Counted from the stretch's first letter, positions 45,661 through 55,309 are shown. The stretch is 64,000 nucleotides of DNA from Chloroflexota bacterium (GCA_005881435.1 VBHP01000028.1:71003-135002), one strand, 5' to 3'. A program made the numbers and translations. Notes: generated from the letters alone by a model not told the origin.

Positions 45661-46502
45661 TAAGCGGCGCGCAGTCGTGGATTGAAGATGTCCTCGAGAC
45701 CGGACGCGAGCGAGACGAGCGACAGCTGGAACAGCACGATGGCCAGGATCGGCGAGAGGATGTACCAGAGCGAGTCACGGAAGTAGAGCGCGCCCTGATC
45801 GCGCGCGAAGTACAGCATGATCGCCCAGTTCTCGCCGGAGAGCGGGACCAGCCCGAGGATGATGAGTCCGACCTGCGCGTAAATCGCCTGCGTCATCGCC
45901 AGGATGAAGTGGATGACGATGTAGCTGGTCATGTTCGGCAGCATCTCGCGGAAGATGATGTGGAAGATGCCGAGATCGAGCGATCGCGCCGCCTCGACGT
46001 AGTCGCGTTCCTTCAGGCTCAGCACCTGCGCGCGGACCTGGCGCAGCAGGCTGGCCCACTGCAGCAACGCCAGGATCACGGCCATGACCAGGAAGCTCGA
46101 GGGATGCACGATCGCGGCGACCACGATGAGCACGATGAGCTGCGGGATCGTGAGCACGATGTCGGTGAGGCCAAGGGTGGCGGCGTCGAAGCGACCACCG
46201 AGGGTCGCCGACAGCGAGCCGAAGGTCACGGCGATAGCGGTCGAGATGAATGCCGCAAGAAACGCCACGGTGAGGATGTCTGCACCGCCGTGCACGATCT
46301 GGTTCAGCACATCACGGCCCTGGTAGTCGGTGCCGAGCGGATGCGCGAGCGACGGCGACAGGTACACCGAGGTGACGTCGGGCGCGTCCTGCAGCGACAC
46401 GACCAGCGGAGCGACATACGCCAGCAGCACGAAGAAGATCACGCCGCCAAGGCCGATCAAGGCGACCGGCCGGCGGGACAGCAGCCGCAGCGTTTCGATC
46501 AT
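45660..46502 (-). CDS. ABC permease (OppC/DppC-like)
   Basis: HPLGTD..GRD, EAA motif DYVEAARSL. Confidence 0.93.
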   Translation of the reverse strand: MIETLRLLSRRPVALIGLGGVIFFVLLAYVAPLVVSLQDAPDVTSVYLSPSLAHPLGTDYQGRDVLNQIVHGGADILTVAFLAAFISTAIAVTFGSLSATLGGRFDAATLGLTDIVLTIPQLIVLIVVAAIVHPSSFLVMAVILALLQWASLLRQVRAQVLSLKERDYVEAARSLDLGIFHIIFREMLPNMTSYIVIHFILAMTQAIYAQVGLIILGLVPLSGENWAIMLYFARDQGALYFRDSLWYILSPILAIVLFQLSLVSLASGLEDIFNPRLRAA

Positions 46503-47590
46503 CCGGTCGCGCCTCCGGCGCGGCCGATGCGCGGATCGAGCCGCCCGTACAACAGATCTGCCGCCAGATTTGCGATGACGACCGCCGTCGTGGTGATCAG
46601 CAGGATTCCCTGCACCAACGGGTAGTCGCGCTGGTTGATCGCCGCCAGCAGGCGCAGGCCGATGCCCTCGTAGACGAAGATCTGCTCGATCACCACGGCG
46701 CCGCCGAGGACGAACCCGGTGGCGATCGCGAACTGCGTGACCAGCGGCAGGATCGCGTTCCGGCCGACATAGGCCGTGGTGATGCGTCCGTCGGTGAGCC
46801 CCCGCGCCCGCGCCGCGACGACGTAGTCCTCGTCGAGCGCCGCGAGCGTGGCGCTGCGCATGGACAGGATCCAGTTCCCCAGCTGCGTGAGGAAGAAGAT
46901 CGTGATCGGGAGAGAGGCGTGATAGAAGATGTCGCCGATGAAATCGAGGGTGAACCCGGGATGCATCCCCGGGCTGAAGGCGCCGCGCATCTGCGCGATC
47001 GGGATCAGCCGCAGCTGGCTGCCCAGGATGACCACGATCATCAGCGCCAGCAGGTAGTTCGGGATCGAGCTCACCACCGAGCCCCCGGTGGTGACCAAAC
47101 GGTCGAAGAACGAATTGCGTCGGTACGCCGCCAGCAGCCCGAGGGCGATGCCGACGCTGAATGACAGCAGCAGCCCGGTGCCGACGGCGAACAGCGTCCA
47201 CGGGAGGACGGCGAGGATGATCGACGTGACCGACGTGCCCGCCGAGAGGAACGAGTTGCCGAGGTTGCCGTGCAGCACGTTCCCCATGAACGACAGGTAC
47301 TGCTCGTGGAGCGGCGCGTTGAGATCGATGCTGAAGAGTCCGGACGCGATCGCCCGTGCGTCGTCGTAGGTCAGCGCGCCGTTCGAGGTCTGCATCAGCT
47401 CGTCGATCTTCAGGTCGACGGGGCTGCCCGGCATGAGGCGGATCAGGAAGAAGGTCAGCGTCGTCGTGACCCAGATGGTGAGGATCGCTTTGAGCGCGGC
47501 GCGCAGGACCGGATGCGTCCAGAACGCGCCGAAGACCTCGCGCGGGCCGAGTCGCGCGGCGAGCCGGACTTCCGCAGGCGTGACGCTCAT
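46499..47590 (-). CDS. ABC permease (OppB/DppB-like)
   Basis: LIRLMPGSP, GNLGNS, EDYVVAARARGL, RDYPLVQG. Confidence 0.93.
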   Translation of the reverse strand: MSVTPAEVRLAARLGPREVFGAFWTHPVLRAALKAILTIWVTTTLTFFLIRLMPGSPVDLKIDELMQTSNGALTYDDARAIASGLFSIDLNAPLHEQYLSFMGNVLHGNLGNSFLSAGTSVTSIILAVLPWTLFAVGTGLLLSFSVGIALGLLAAYRRNSFFDRLVTTGGSVVSSIPNYLLALMIVVILGSQLRLIPIAQMRGAFSPGMHPGFTLDFIGDIFYHASLPITIFFLTQLGNWILSMRSATLAALDEDYVVAARARGLTDGRITTAYVGRNAILPLVTQFAIATGFVLGGAVVIEQIFVYEGIGLRLLAAINQRDYPLVQGILLITTTAVVIANLAADLLYGRLDPRIGRAGGATG

Positions 47591-47639
47591 GCCGAATTTC
47601 CCCTTCGAACCGTCTTCCTCAAATTCGGCATGAGCGCGC

Positions 47640-49142
47640 TCATGCCCGAACACTAATCCGCGGCGCGTCGCCTGTGGACTCGGGAAGGCGCACGGGAAGG
47701 CGGCCATCGGGCGCGCGTTCGCCCGACAGCACCATCGCCAGCGCCTCGCACGACGCCGGCACGTCGGAATAGGTGAGCAGCGCGGGCACATCGGGAAAGA
47801 GCGCCGCGTCGTACGGCGAGCGGATCGCCGCCAGCACGGGGCGCACCCCGCGCGACAGCAGCTCGCGCGCCCGTGTGGTCTGCTCGCGATCGAAGAACGC
47901 GCTTGAGGTGACGACCAGCAACGCCCCGTCGTTCGTCACGTCGACCTCAGACGGCAGCCCCACAAAGCGCAAGCGCGATCCGAAGCGCCGCGCCAGCGCT
48001 CGCTCCAGAGTGCCGAGCGGATCGTTCAGCTCCTCCGCCCGGGACGCGCGCGCGGCGGGAAAGGCGGCGACGGTCAGCGGCCCGGAGCGCAGGTCCGGGA
48101 GCGCCGGACCGACGCGTGTCACCGCGCGCGCCGCGACCTCGATGGCGAAGGCGTGGTCCGGCTCGGCGGGCCGTTCGGCCGGAACGCAGGTCCAGCGGGC
48201 CGCGAACGCGCGCGACCGGCGCAGCGCGTCGGCCATGCGCTCCGCGGCGATCTCGCCCGCCGAGGCCGCGCGTTCGACGGCGTCGAGGGCTCGCTCCGGC
48301 TGCCTCGGCTCGGGCAGGCACACGTGCGCGATGTCGACGCCCGCGGCGATGGCGCGCGCGGCCGGTTCGGCGCCGGCGAGCGCCGCGCCCTTCATCTCCA
48401 GAGCATCGCTGCACAGCACGCCGTCGAAACCGAGCCGGCGGCGCAGCAGGTCGACGTTGATGCGTCGCGAGTAGGTCGCTGGCAGCGTGTCCAGCGCGGC
48501 GAAGACGACGTGCGCGGTCATCACCTGGGCCACGCCGGCGGCGATCGCGGCTCGGAACGGCACGAGGTCGCGCCGCTCGAGCGTCTCGGCGTCGTCGCCC
48601 ACGGTCGGCAGCGTCAGGTGCGAGTCCAGATCGGTCGCGCCGTGCCCCGGAAAGTGCTTGGCCGTGCAAGCGACTCCGGCCGACTGCATCCCGCGGATCC
48701 ATGCCGCGGCAAGAGCGCCGCAAAGCGACGGATCGTCGGAGAACGCGCGCGTGCCGATGACCGGGTTCGCCGGCTCGACGTTCACGTCGCAGACCGGTGC
48801 GAAATCGATGGCGATCCCGAGCGCTCGCAGCTCACGCGCGACGACGCCGGAAACGCGCTCCACCAACGCCTCGTCGCGCGTCGCGCCGAGTGCCATCGCG
48901 CTCGGAAACACGGTGCCGAAGGCGATGCGTACGACGTTGCCGCCCTCCTGGTCCAGCGCGATCGGTACCGGCCGGGCCTCGTGGATCTCGCGCAGCAGGT
49001 CGCGGGTCTGCCGCGCGTCCCTGAAGTTACGAGCGAAGAGCGAGAGGCCGCCGACGTCGCCGTCGCGAAGGAGCGTGCGCACGTGGTCGGGCAGCGTCGG
49101 ACCCTCGATGCCGGTCCACACCAGCGGTCCTGCGCGACGCAC
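47640..49142 (-). CDS. nagZ: GH3 beta-N-acetylhexosaminidase
   Basis: LDQEGG, KHFPGHG.T.LDSH, SDALEM; TAGCGT 6 nt before the GTG. Confidence 0.93.
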   Translation of the reverse strand: MRRAGPLVWTGIEGPTLPDHVRTLLRDGDVGGLSLFARNFRDARQTRDLLREIHEARPVPIALDQEGGNVVRIAFGTVFPSAMALGATRDEALVERVSGVVARELRALGIAIDFAPVCDVNVEPANPVIGTRAFSDDPSLCGALAAAWIRGMQSAGVACTAKHFPGHGATDLDSHLTLPTVGDDAETLERRDLVPFRAAIAAGVAQVMTAHVVFAALDTLPATYSRRINVDLLRRRLGFDGVLCSDALEMKGAALAGAEPAARAIAAGVDIAHVCLPEPRQPERALDAVERAASAGEIAAERMADALRRSRAFAARWTCVPAERPAEPDHAFAIEVAARAVTRVGPALPDLRSGPLTVAAFPAARASRAEELNDPLGTLERALARRFGSRLRFVGLPSEVDVTNDGALLVVTSSAFFDREQTTRARELLSRGVRPVLAAIRSPYDAALFPDVPALLTYSDVPASCEALAMVLSGERAPDGRLPVRLPESTGDAPRISVRA

Positions 49143-49151
49143 GTTTTGACG

Positions 49152-49676
49152 CTACCGCATCAGCACCGCATAAGTGACGGTCACGCTGAACTGCCGGCAC
49201 CACACCACGACCGAACGCACCGCGGCGAGGTCCGCCGTCGCGGGGACGGCGTAGTTGAACGAGCCGTTCGTCGCCTTCAGCTTGCCGAGGTCGATGTACG
49301 TCCCCGGTTTGCCGTCGTCACGATCCGACAGGTACACGTACATGTCCGGCGCGCCGGCGATGTCGACGTTTTCGAATCGAACGAAGCGGTCCTTTCCGAG
49401 GGTCAGGATGCGCACGACACCGCTGCCGTAGTCGACCGCGGTGATGTGCACGAGGTCGCCCCTGGCCAGCGTCGCCGGCGTCGGCTGCGCGGTCGGTATG
49501 ATCTCGGGCGCGTTGGTGCCGAGCACGGCGGGCGTCATCGCCGGAAGTGGCTCGGACAGCGTGGAGCGAACAAAGATCGGAACGATGACGTAGACGACGA
49601 GCGGCACGGACAGCGCGGCCGCGAGCGCCACCGCCGCCGCTCCGACCAGGCGCGGATGCCGCGATAGCGCGCCCAT
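49152..49676 (-). CDS. DM13-domain membrane-anchored protein
   Basis: GAPDMYVYLS, LG.LK...GSFNY.VP, SVVVWC.QF. Confidence 0.9.
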   Translation of the reverse strand: MGALSRHPRLVGAAAVALAAALSVPLVVYVIVPIFVRSTLSEPLPAMTPAVLGTNAPEIIPTAQPTPATLARGDLVHITAVDYGSGVVRILTLGKDRFVRFENVDIAGAPDMYVYLSDRDDGKPGTYIDLGKLKATNGSFNYAVPATADLAAVRSVVVWCRQFSVTVTYAVLMR

Positions 49677-49767
49677 CAGGCCGGCGATGCTACCGGGGCC
49701 GCATGACGAATCGATGACACGGGAGAACCGGAGGCGGAGGGGAGCGAGCTCGCCTCCGCCCCGACGT

Positions 49768-50235
49768 TTACGGCTGGACCTGCAGCTTGATCTCGTTCGC
49801 GCCTGATCGCACACGGACGGTCCGGGTCGCGCGGTCGATCCAGATGTCGATCTCGTCGCTCTCTCCGGGAAGCAATTGCGATCGGTCGGCGACGAGGCTG
49901 TGGACCGCGAGCACACCGTCCTGCACCGCGACACCGGTCACGCGAAGGGTTTGCGAGAGTCCCGGCAGCGCGATATCGCTCATGCCGTCGGGCGCGCCGG
50001 CCATCACTGTGCGCGTGAGCATTCCGTTTTTCCGCGCCGGATCGACGTAGCCCTGGAGCACGTACGACGCGTAGCTCGGCAGCGGCGCCGCGGGAACGCC
50101 GCCGATGGCGTGGACCGTGATCGTTTCGTCGCGCTCTCCGAGCGTCTTCGCGATCGGTGGGATGGCCGCACCGGCGGCCACGGCGGTGCCGATCCCGGCC
50201 ATCTTCAGGAATCTCCTGCGACTGGTCTTCGACAT
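49768..50235 (-). CDS. Tat-exported hypothetical protein
   Basis: SRRRFLKMAG signal; AAGGAG RBS. Confidence 0.8.
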   Translation of the reverse strand: MSKTSRRRFLKMAGIGTAVAAGAAIPPIAKTLGERDETITVHAIGGVPAAPLPSYASYVLQGYVDPARKNGMLTRTVMAGAPDGMSDIALPGLSQTLRVTGVAVQDGVLAVHSLVADRSQLLPGESDEIDIWIDRATRTVRVRSGANEIKLQVQP

Positions 50236-50245
50236 GTCTTTCTCC

Positions 50246-51239
50246 TTAGTGCGGCGTTCCGACGTAGGGGAACACAGACAGGTAGTCGCTGTGCGGACCG
50301 ACGCCGTCGCCGATGCTCGAGCTCCCGGTGAGCAATTGCAGCTCGGCGTCGATGACGTCGTCCTGCAGCCGCCGTCCGTTCAGGAAGCCGGCGGCTGTGG
50401 CGTAGTTGTAGGTGAGGATGTCTGGCAGCAGCACGCTCGCGAGCGTGCCCGCCGTCGCGGCGTCGCGGTTGAAGGGCGCTCCCTCCAGCACCGTGACGAA
50501 CTTGTCGCGGAACTGAAGGACGTCTTGTGTCGGCGGGATGGCGTTAAAGGTGTTCTTGTCATTGCCATGGTTGAAAACGGTGTTGATCGCCGGCCGGCCC
50601 ATCCGATCTTTCTGCGTCCACACGCCGTTCACCGGCACAAGGCAGCGCGCCCAATAGCCGACTGCGGTGCTGCCGCCAAGGAGCTGGGCCTTCGGAGCCG
50701 AGAGCACGATGCTGAACACGTTCTTGGCGACGAAGAAGTCGCTGCCCGGGCTGGTGAAATCGAGCGGATGCCTGTGCGGCGGCAATCCGAGAAACGCCGC
50801 CAGATCGAAGAAGAAGGGATCGCTGCGCAGGCCGGCGAAAAACTTGTAGCCATCGACCTCGGTGATCGTCCGGGCCGCTCGTTTTGACGAGGTCGGCCGG
50901 CGCTTTGTTGATCAGGATCTGGCCGCCGTCGTTGTCCCCCGATGCGGCGTGGCCCGTGGCACGATGGACCTTCGCCGTCTGGCGTCCGAGCGCGTCGTCT
51001 GAGAAACGAATGCGGTACGCGATGTCGGCGTCGGCGTCGCCGTTGGTGTCGATCTTCAGCTCGTAGAGGGCATCTGGGTTGAACGCTGTCGCGAGCGTGG
51101 GTGCGAGCGGATTCACGTTGAGGATGAGGACCGAGCGGCTCGCGTCGTCGGGCGCCTCGAACGCGTAGATGTCGGTGATGTCGATGCGAGCGTCCATGTT
51201 CGGCGACATCAGGCCTGGAGCATCGAGATGGTCTGCCAT
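50246..51239 (-). pseudogene. DUF4331-family gene split by a +1 frameshift near 50882-50885
   Basis: 5' half MADHLDAP...DITDIYAF; the 3' half continues in the next frame with FFAGLRSDPFFFD, DRMGRPAIN, NGRRLQDDV, FPYVG.PH. Confidence 0.85.
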
Positions 51240-51285
51240 CCGTAACCTGCCTTCCCCGCCGGCTTGTGGCCGGCACCGACGGTGG

Positions 51286-51314
51286 GTTACGAGGCAACAG
51301 AGCGCGACGGATCA
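51286..51314 (-). promoter_or_regulatory. Candidate ECF promoter TGATCC-N17-CGTAAC
   Basis: ECF-like bipartite motif about 45 nt upstream of the DUF4331 start. Confidence 0.45.
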
Positions 51315-51346
51315 GTCGGGCCCGGGGCAATTCGTCGCCCGCCGCG

Positions 51347-52879
51347 TTACGACGCCTTGGTGATCCGGACGGTGACCAGGTGATAGCCGGTCGCGCCGGC
51401 GGGGAACGGATCGCGCGGCGACGAGACCTGCGGCACGCCCTTGCCGTCCGTCGCGCGCACCATCACCTTCGCCTCGCCCGAACCCGCCGGCGTCCAGTTG
51501 AAGAACCAGCGGCGCCAGGTGAAGCCGTTGATCTCGCGGCCGAGCGTCGCGTCGGCCCAGGTGCGCCCCTGATCGGTGCTCACCTCGACCTTGGCGATGC
51601 CGCGCGCGCCGGCGTGCGCGATGCCGGCGATGCGCAGCGGCCCGCCGCTCCAGGCGACCGTCGGCTGCGGAACGTCGATGCGCGAGTTGGTCACGATCAC
51701 CGCCGGATCGGCCCAGCCGCGATCCTGCCAGTAGCCCTTGTAGTCGTAGTTCTCGACGGTCAGCCGCACCAGCCACTTCACGTTCTTCATGCCGTAGATG
51801 TCCGGCACCAGCACCCGCGCGGGATAGCCGTGATCGATCGGCAGCACGTCCCCGTTCATCCCGTACACCACCAGCGTGGTCGGCTCGAGGGCCTTCTGGA
51901 TCGGGATCGAGTCGGTGTAGCCGTCCGTCGATGTCATCACCAGGTCGTATGCCTCGGAGCGCACGCCGGCGCGCGCGAGCAGGTCGGCCATGCGCACGCC
52001 CACCCATTTCGCCGTCGAGATCAGGTCGCCGCCGACGGGATTGCTGATGCACTCCAGCGTCTGCACCTGCTCGATCGCGTCCATCGCCAGCAGGTCGTCA
52101 TAGCCGAGGTCGTAGGGATGGTCGACGTGCCCGTCGATCGCCAGACGCCACGTCGAGGCGTCGATCGTCGGTTTGAACAGCGCGGTGTCGACGACGTAGA
52201 AGGCGTCGTTAGCCGTGAGCTGCGGCGACAGTCCCGGGGTCGCGTCGAACGCCGGGTCCTCGGACGCGAACGGCGCGACGGTCACGACCGGCGGACGCGC
52301 CAGCACCAGCTGTCGCGCGACGGCGACGCCGCGGCGCCCCAGCGACGACAGGAACATGCCGCCCGCGCCGAGGGCGACCACGATCGCGCCAAGGCCGAGC
52401 AATGTCCGGCGGCGGGAGGCATCGGCCGGCACTTCGAGGCGCGACGCGCTCCACGACAGCGCGGCGCTGTACGCCGCGAGCCCGACGACCGACGCGATCG
52501 TGGTCCCGACCGGATCGAACTGCCGCGACGACGAGACGCTCGCGCCGACGATGCTCAGCGCCCACGGGATCGCGGCCACGAGCACCGCGCGGCCCCGCGT
52601 CGCTCCGGCGGCCACGAGCGCGCCGCCGAGCGCGCCGGTCGCGAGCACGAGTCCGACGACGCCGACCTCGAGTAGGCGCTTCGCCCAGAACTGCAGCGCG
52701 TCGATGACCGCGCTCGACAGCGAACCCGGGAGCGCGTCGACGACCGCCAGGCCGAAGGCGTACGGCGCGAAGGGCAGGAGCCCGAGGGTGCTGCCGATGA
52801 AGACGATCTCGAGCGCGACCAGCGCCGAGAACGCTCCCGCCAGAAGGCCGCCGGGGTGGCGCCGGATGAGTTGAACCAT
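51347..52879 (-). CDS. Membrane-bound sulfite-oxidase-family molybdoenzyme (MsrP-like)
   Basis: N-terminal TM helices; FYVVD, LECISNPVGG, HGYPARVLVP..YG.KNVKWL, YW..RGW. Confidence 0.92.
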   Translation of the reverse strand: MVQLIRRHPGGLLAGAFSALVALEIVFIGSTLGLLPFAPYAFGLAVVDALPGSLSSAVIDALQFWAKRLLEVGVVGLVLATGALGGALVAAGATRGRAVLVAAIPWALSIVGASVSSSRQFDPVGTTIASVVGLAAYSAALSWSASRLEVPADASRRRTLLGLGAIVVALGAGGMFLSSLGRRGVAVARQLVLARPPVVTVAPFASEDPAFDATPGLSPQLTANDAFYVVDTALFKPTIDASTWRLAIDGHVDHPYDLGYDDLLAMDAIEQVQTLECISNPVGGDLISTAKWVGVRMADLLARAGVRSEAYDLVMTSTDGYTDSIPIQKALEPTTLVVYGMNGDVLPIDHGYPARVLVPDIYGMKNVKWLVRLTVENYDYKGYWQDRGWADPAVIVTNSRIDVPQPTVAWSGGPLRIAGIAHAGARGIAKVEVSTDQGRTWADATLGREINGFTWRRWFFNWTPAGSGEAKVMVRATDGKGVPQVSSPRDPFPAGATGYHLVTVRITKAS

Positions 52880-53013
52880 TCCCTCTAAAAGCGTACGGCG
52901 GCCGCCCTGGGCCGCCCTGAACGCTCGGCCGAGCATAGTGCGTTTGGACTAGTCGACTTCATCAGCGCGGCTAATTGTTGCGAAGGTCATGCACCCCTAC
53001 ACCTTTGATGGCG

Positions 53014-53271
53014 ATGGTTACCTGGGAGCTTCCCGACGGCAGCGAGGTCCGCTGCGAGCAGCTCACCGTCGACGCGCGCGCGCTCCGGACGTTCGTGATG
53101 CGCTTCATGGCCGCGCATCCGCGGTACTGGGACGCCGGGTCGTGGGACGTTGAGGAGCTTGCGACGGAGTTCGAGCGACACTTCGGCGAAAAAGTCGAAG
53201 TGCGCAAGACCGTTCGTCCCGACGGCGTGACGGTACACACCGTGCGGCCGCGCTTCGCCCCATCGATGTGA
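53014..53271 (+). CDS. Hypothetical protein coupled to the HD-GYP gene
   Basis: GC3-rich codons; GTGA overlap with the next gene; start may be 53008. Confidence 0.7.
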   Translation: MVTWELPDGSEVRCEQLTVDARALRTFVMRFMAAHPRYWDAGSWDVEELATEFERHFGEKVEVRKTVRPDGVTVHTVRPRFAPSM

Positions 53272-54605
53272 CCGCGCGAACGACGAACGCGTACGTCGCG
53301 ACCATCGCCGCCGCGGCGGCGATCGTGTTCACGCTCGAGCTGGCGCGTCTCGAACCCTCGCGAATCGATGTGCTCGCGTTCCTATTCCTCGCCGTCCTCG
53401 CCGCGGTGGCGCAACGGATCCCGATCTACTTGTTCCGATCCAGTGCCGTGAGCGTGGCGTACGTCGCGACCATCGCCGCGTATGTGCTCTTCGGCACGCC
53501 GGCGGCGCTTTTGGTGAATTTCGCTTCGGCCATCGTCAACGCCTTCACGCCGCGTCCCAAGCCGTGGCCCAAGATCCTTTTCAACACCGGCAGCGTCACG
53601 ATCGCGGCCGCGTTCGCCGGCAGCGTGTACGAGCTTCTCGGCGAAGTGCCGCCGCTGCAGGTCCTGCCGACGATCGCAGCGGTCGCGGTCAGCGGCCTGG
53701 TCTACTTCGCGGTGAGCTCCGCGCTCACCGCCACCGTCATCGCCCTCTCCACCGGAGGGAATCCCATTGCGGTCTGGCGCGAGAACTACTCCTGGATGAC
53801 CGTGAACTATGGCGCGACCGCCGTGATCGGCGCGATGCTCGCGCTGGCGTACCGCTCCCTGGGGATCCTCGGCGCCGCGAGCTTCGTCCTGCCGCTCGCC
53901 GTGGCGTGGTACTCGTTCAAGCTCTACATGACGAGCACGCGGCAGTTGCGCGACCGCAATCGCGAGCTGCAACAGCTCAATGAATCACTGCGCCAGAGCT
54001 CAACGCAGCTCGAAGAGGCCTATGTCTCGGGCGTCCGGGCGCTCGTCGACGCCATCGAGGCGAAGGACGAGAACCGGCGCGGACATGCGGTCGCGACCGC
54101 GGCGCTGGCGACGTCGCTTGGCAGACGGTTAGGCCTGAGCGCCGACGAGCTCACCCGGCTCGAGGTCGCGGCACTGGTGCACGACATCGGTCGCGTCGGA
54201 GTCTCGGAGGACGTGCTGCTGAAGGCCGATTGGCTCACCGATGACGAGTGGTCCGAGGTCAAGCGTCATCCGGTGATCGGAGCGAACCTCCTCTCGCACG
54301 TCGGTCCGCTCGCGGAGCTGCGACCGATCGTGATCGCGCACCACGAGTCCTGGAACGGCAACGGCTACCCCTCCGGTCTCAAGGGTCAGGACATTCCCCT
54401 CGCGGCTCGGATCATCGCCGTCGCCGATGCCTATCAGGCCATGATCTCGCCGCGCACGTACCGGCCGGCGTTCAAGCCGCACCAGGCGCTCGAGGAAATC
54501 TGCGCCGGAGCCGGCGAACGCTTCGATCCCGCCGTCGTCAGCGCGCTGCTCGAGGCCGTCGCGAGTGTGCGGCCTGAAGTCGCGCGCGTCGCGATCCACG
54601 TGTAA
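53268..54605 (+). CDS. Membrane-sensor HD-GYP phosphodiesterase-like protein
   Basis: About 220-aa multi-TM N-terminus, coiled coil, HDIG, KRHP, HHE...GYP. Confidence 0.92.
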   Translation: MTARTTNAYVATIAAAAAIVFTLELARLEPSRIDVLAFLFLAVLAAVAQRIPIYLFRSSAVSVAYVATIAAYVLFGTPAALLVNFASAIVNAFTPRPKPWPKILFNTGSVTIAAAFAGSVYELLGEVPPLQVLPTIAAVAVSGLVYFAVSSALTATVIALSTGGNPIAVWRENYSWMTVNYGATAVIGAMLALAYRSLGILGAASFVLPLAVAWYSFKLYMTSTRQLRDRNRELQQLNESLRQSSTQLEEAYVSGVRALVDAIEAKDENRRGHAVATAALATSLGRRLGLSADELTRLEVAALVHDIGRVGVSEDVLLKADWLTDDEWSEVKRHPVIGANLLSHVGPLAELRPIVIAHHESWNGNGYPSGLKGQDIPLAARIIAVADAYQAMISPRTYRPAFKPHQALEEICAGAGERFDPAVVSALLEAVASVRPEVARVAIHV

Positions 54606-54617
54606 GGAGGTCGCAAG

Positions 54618-54779
54618 ATGAAGAGAGCGCTCATCACCGCCGCGCTCATCGCCGTGATGGCGTTGGCCGGCTCGCCCGCGAACGCCGCCGTGCCTTACGC
54701 CGTCGACGAAGTGACGGTCCAGGCCGTCAGCGTCAGCGACGGCACGATCCTGCCGCTCAACATCACCTGGGAGGACTGA
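54618..54779 (+). CDS. 53-aa secreted peptide MKRALITAALIAVMALAGSPANAAVPYAVDEVTVQAVSVSDGTILPLNITWED
   Basis: AAGGAGG RBS overlapping the HD-GYP stop; classic Sec signal with an ANA cleavage site; ~30-aa mature part. Confidence 0.88.
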   Translation: MKRALITAALIAVMALAGSPANAAVPYAVDEVTVQAVSVSDGTILPLNITWED

Positions 54780-54781
54780 CG

Positions 54782-55309
54782 CTACGCCGGCCGGAGTCGC
54801 CCGACGAGCAGCAGCACGCCCAGCACAACCAGCACGAGCGGGAAACCAACCGACGCGACCGGCCCGAAGTCCCTGCCACTGATGTGCAGCACGCCTTCGA
54901 AGAACGCCGCGAAGCCGAGGAACATCGCGAACCCGACGCCGGCCGTGTTCAGGCCACGCCGAATTTGGGTCGGGCTGCCCTGCAGCGCGCCCATCAACGC
55001 CACGCCGACGCCCGACGCGGTGGGGCCCACGAGCGCCCAGGCATACGCCCAACTCTCCCAATCGTCCGTGGCGTTCTGATAAAGCAGCACCAAGCCGACG
55101 GTGGTGACGATCGTTCCCGGGATCACCAGCGCGGCGCTCGGTCCCCGGCCCGCGGCGATCCCGGCGACGAGCAGCAGGACTCCGGGGACGATCACGAAGA
55201 GCGGCCAGCCGTAGCGACCGACATCGAAGTTCGCGAGCTGGCCGATAAGGAAGATGACGCCCGCCGCGATCAGGATCAGGCCGACGACGGTCCCGCCCTG
55301 CCGCTCCAT
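54782..55309 (-). CDS. Multi-TM membrane protein (LiaF-TM/DUF5668-like)
   Basis: GLILIAAGVIFLI...WPLFVIVPG; about 6 TM helices. Confidence 0.8.
   Translation of the reverse strand: MERQGGTVVGLILIAAGVIFLIGQLANFDVGRYGWPLFVIVPGVLLLVAGIAAGRGPSAALVIPGTIVTTVGLVLLYQNATDDWESWAYAWALVGPTASGVGVALMGALQGSPTQIRRGLNTAGVGFAMFLGFAAFFEGVLHISGRDFGPVASVGFPLVLVVLGVLLLVGRLRPA

Noticed and set aside
51241-51291. Three-way-junction riboswitch closed by CGTAACC/GGTTACG
   Set aside because: The 5' arm coincides with the -10 of the candidate ECF promoter and would not be transcribed; revisit if the TSS maps upstream.
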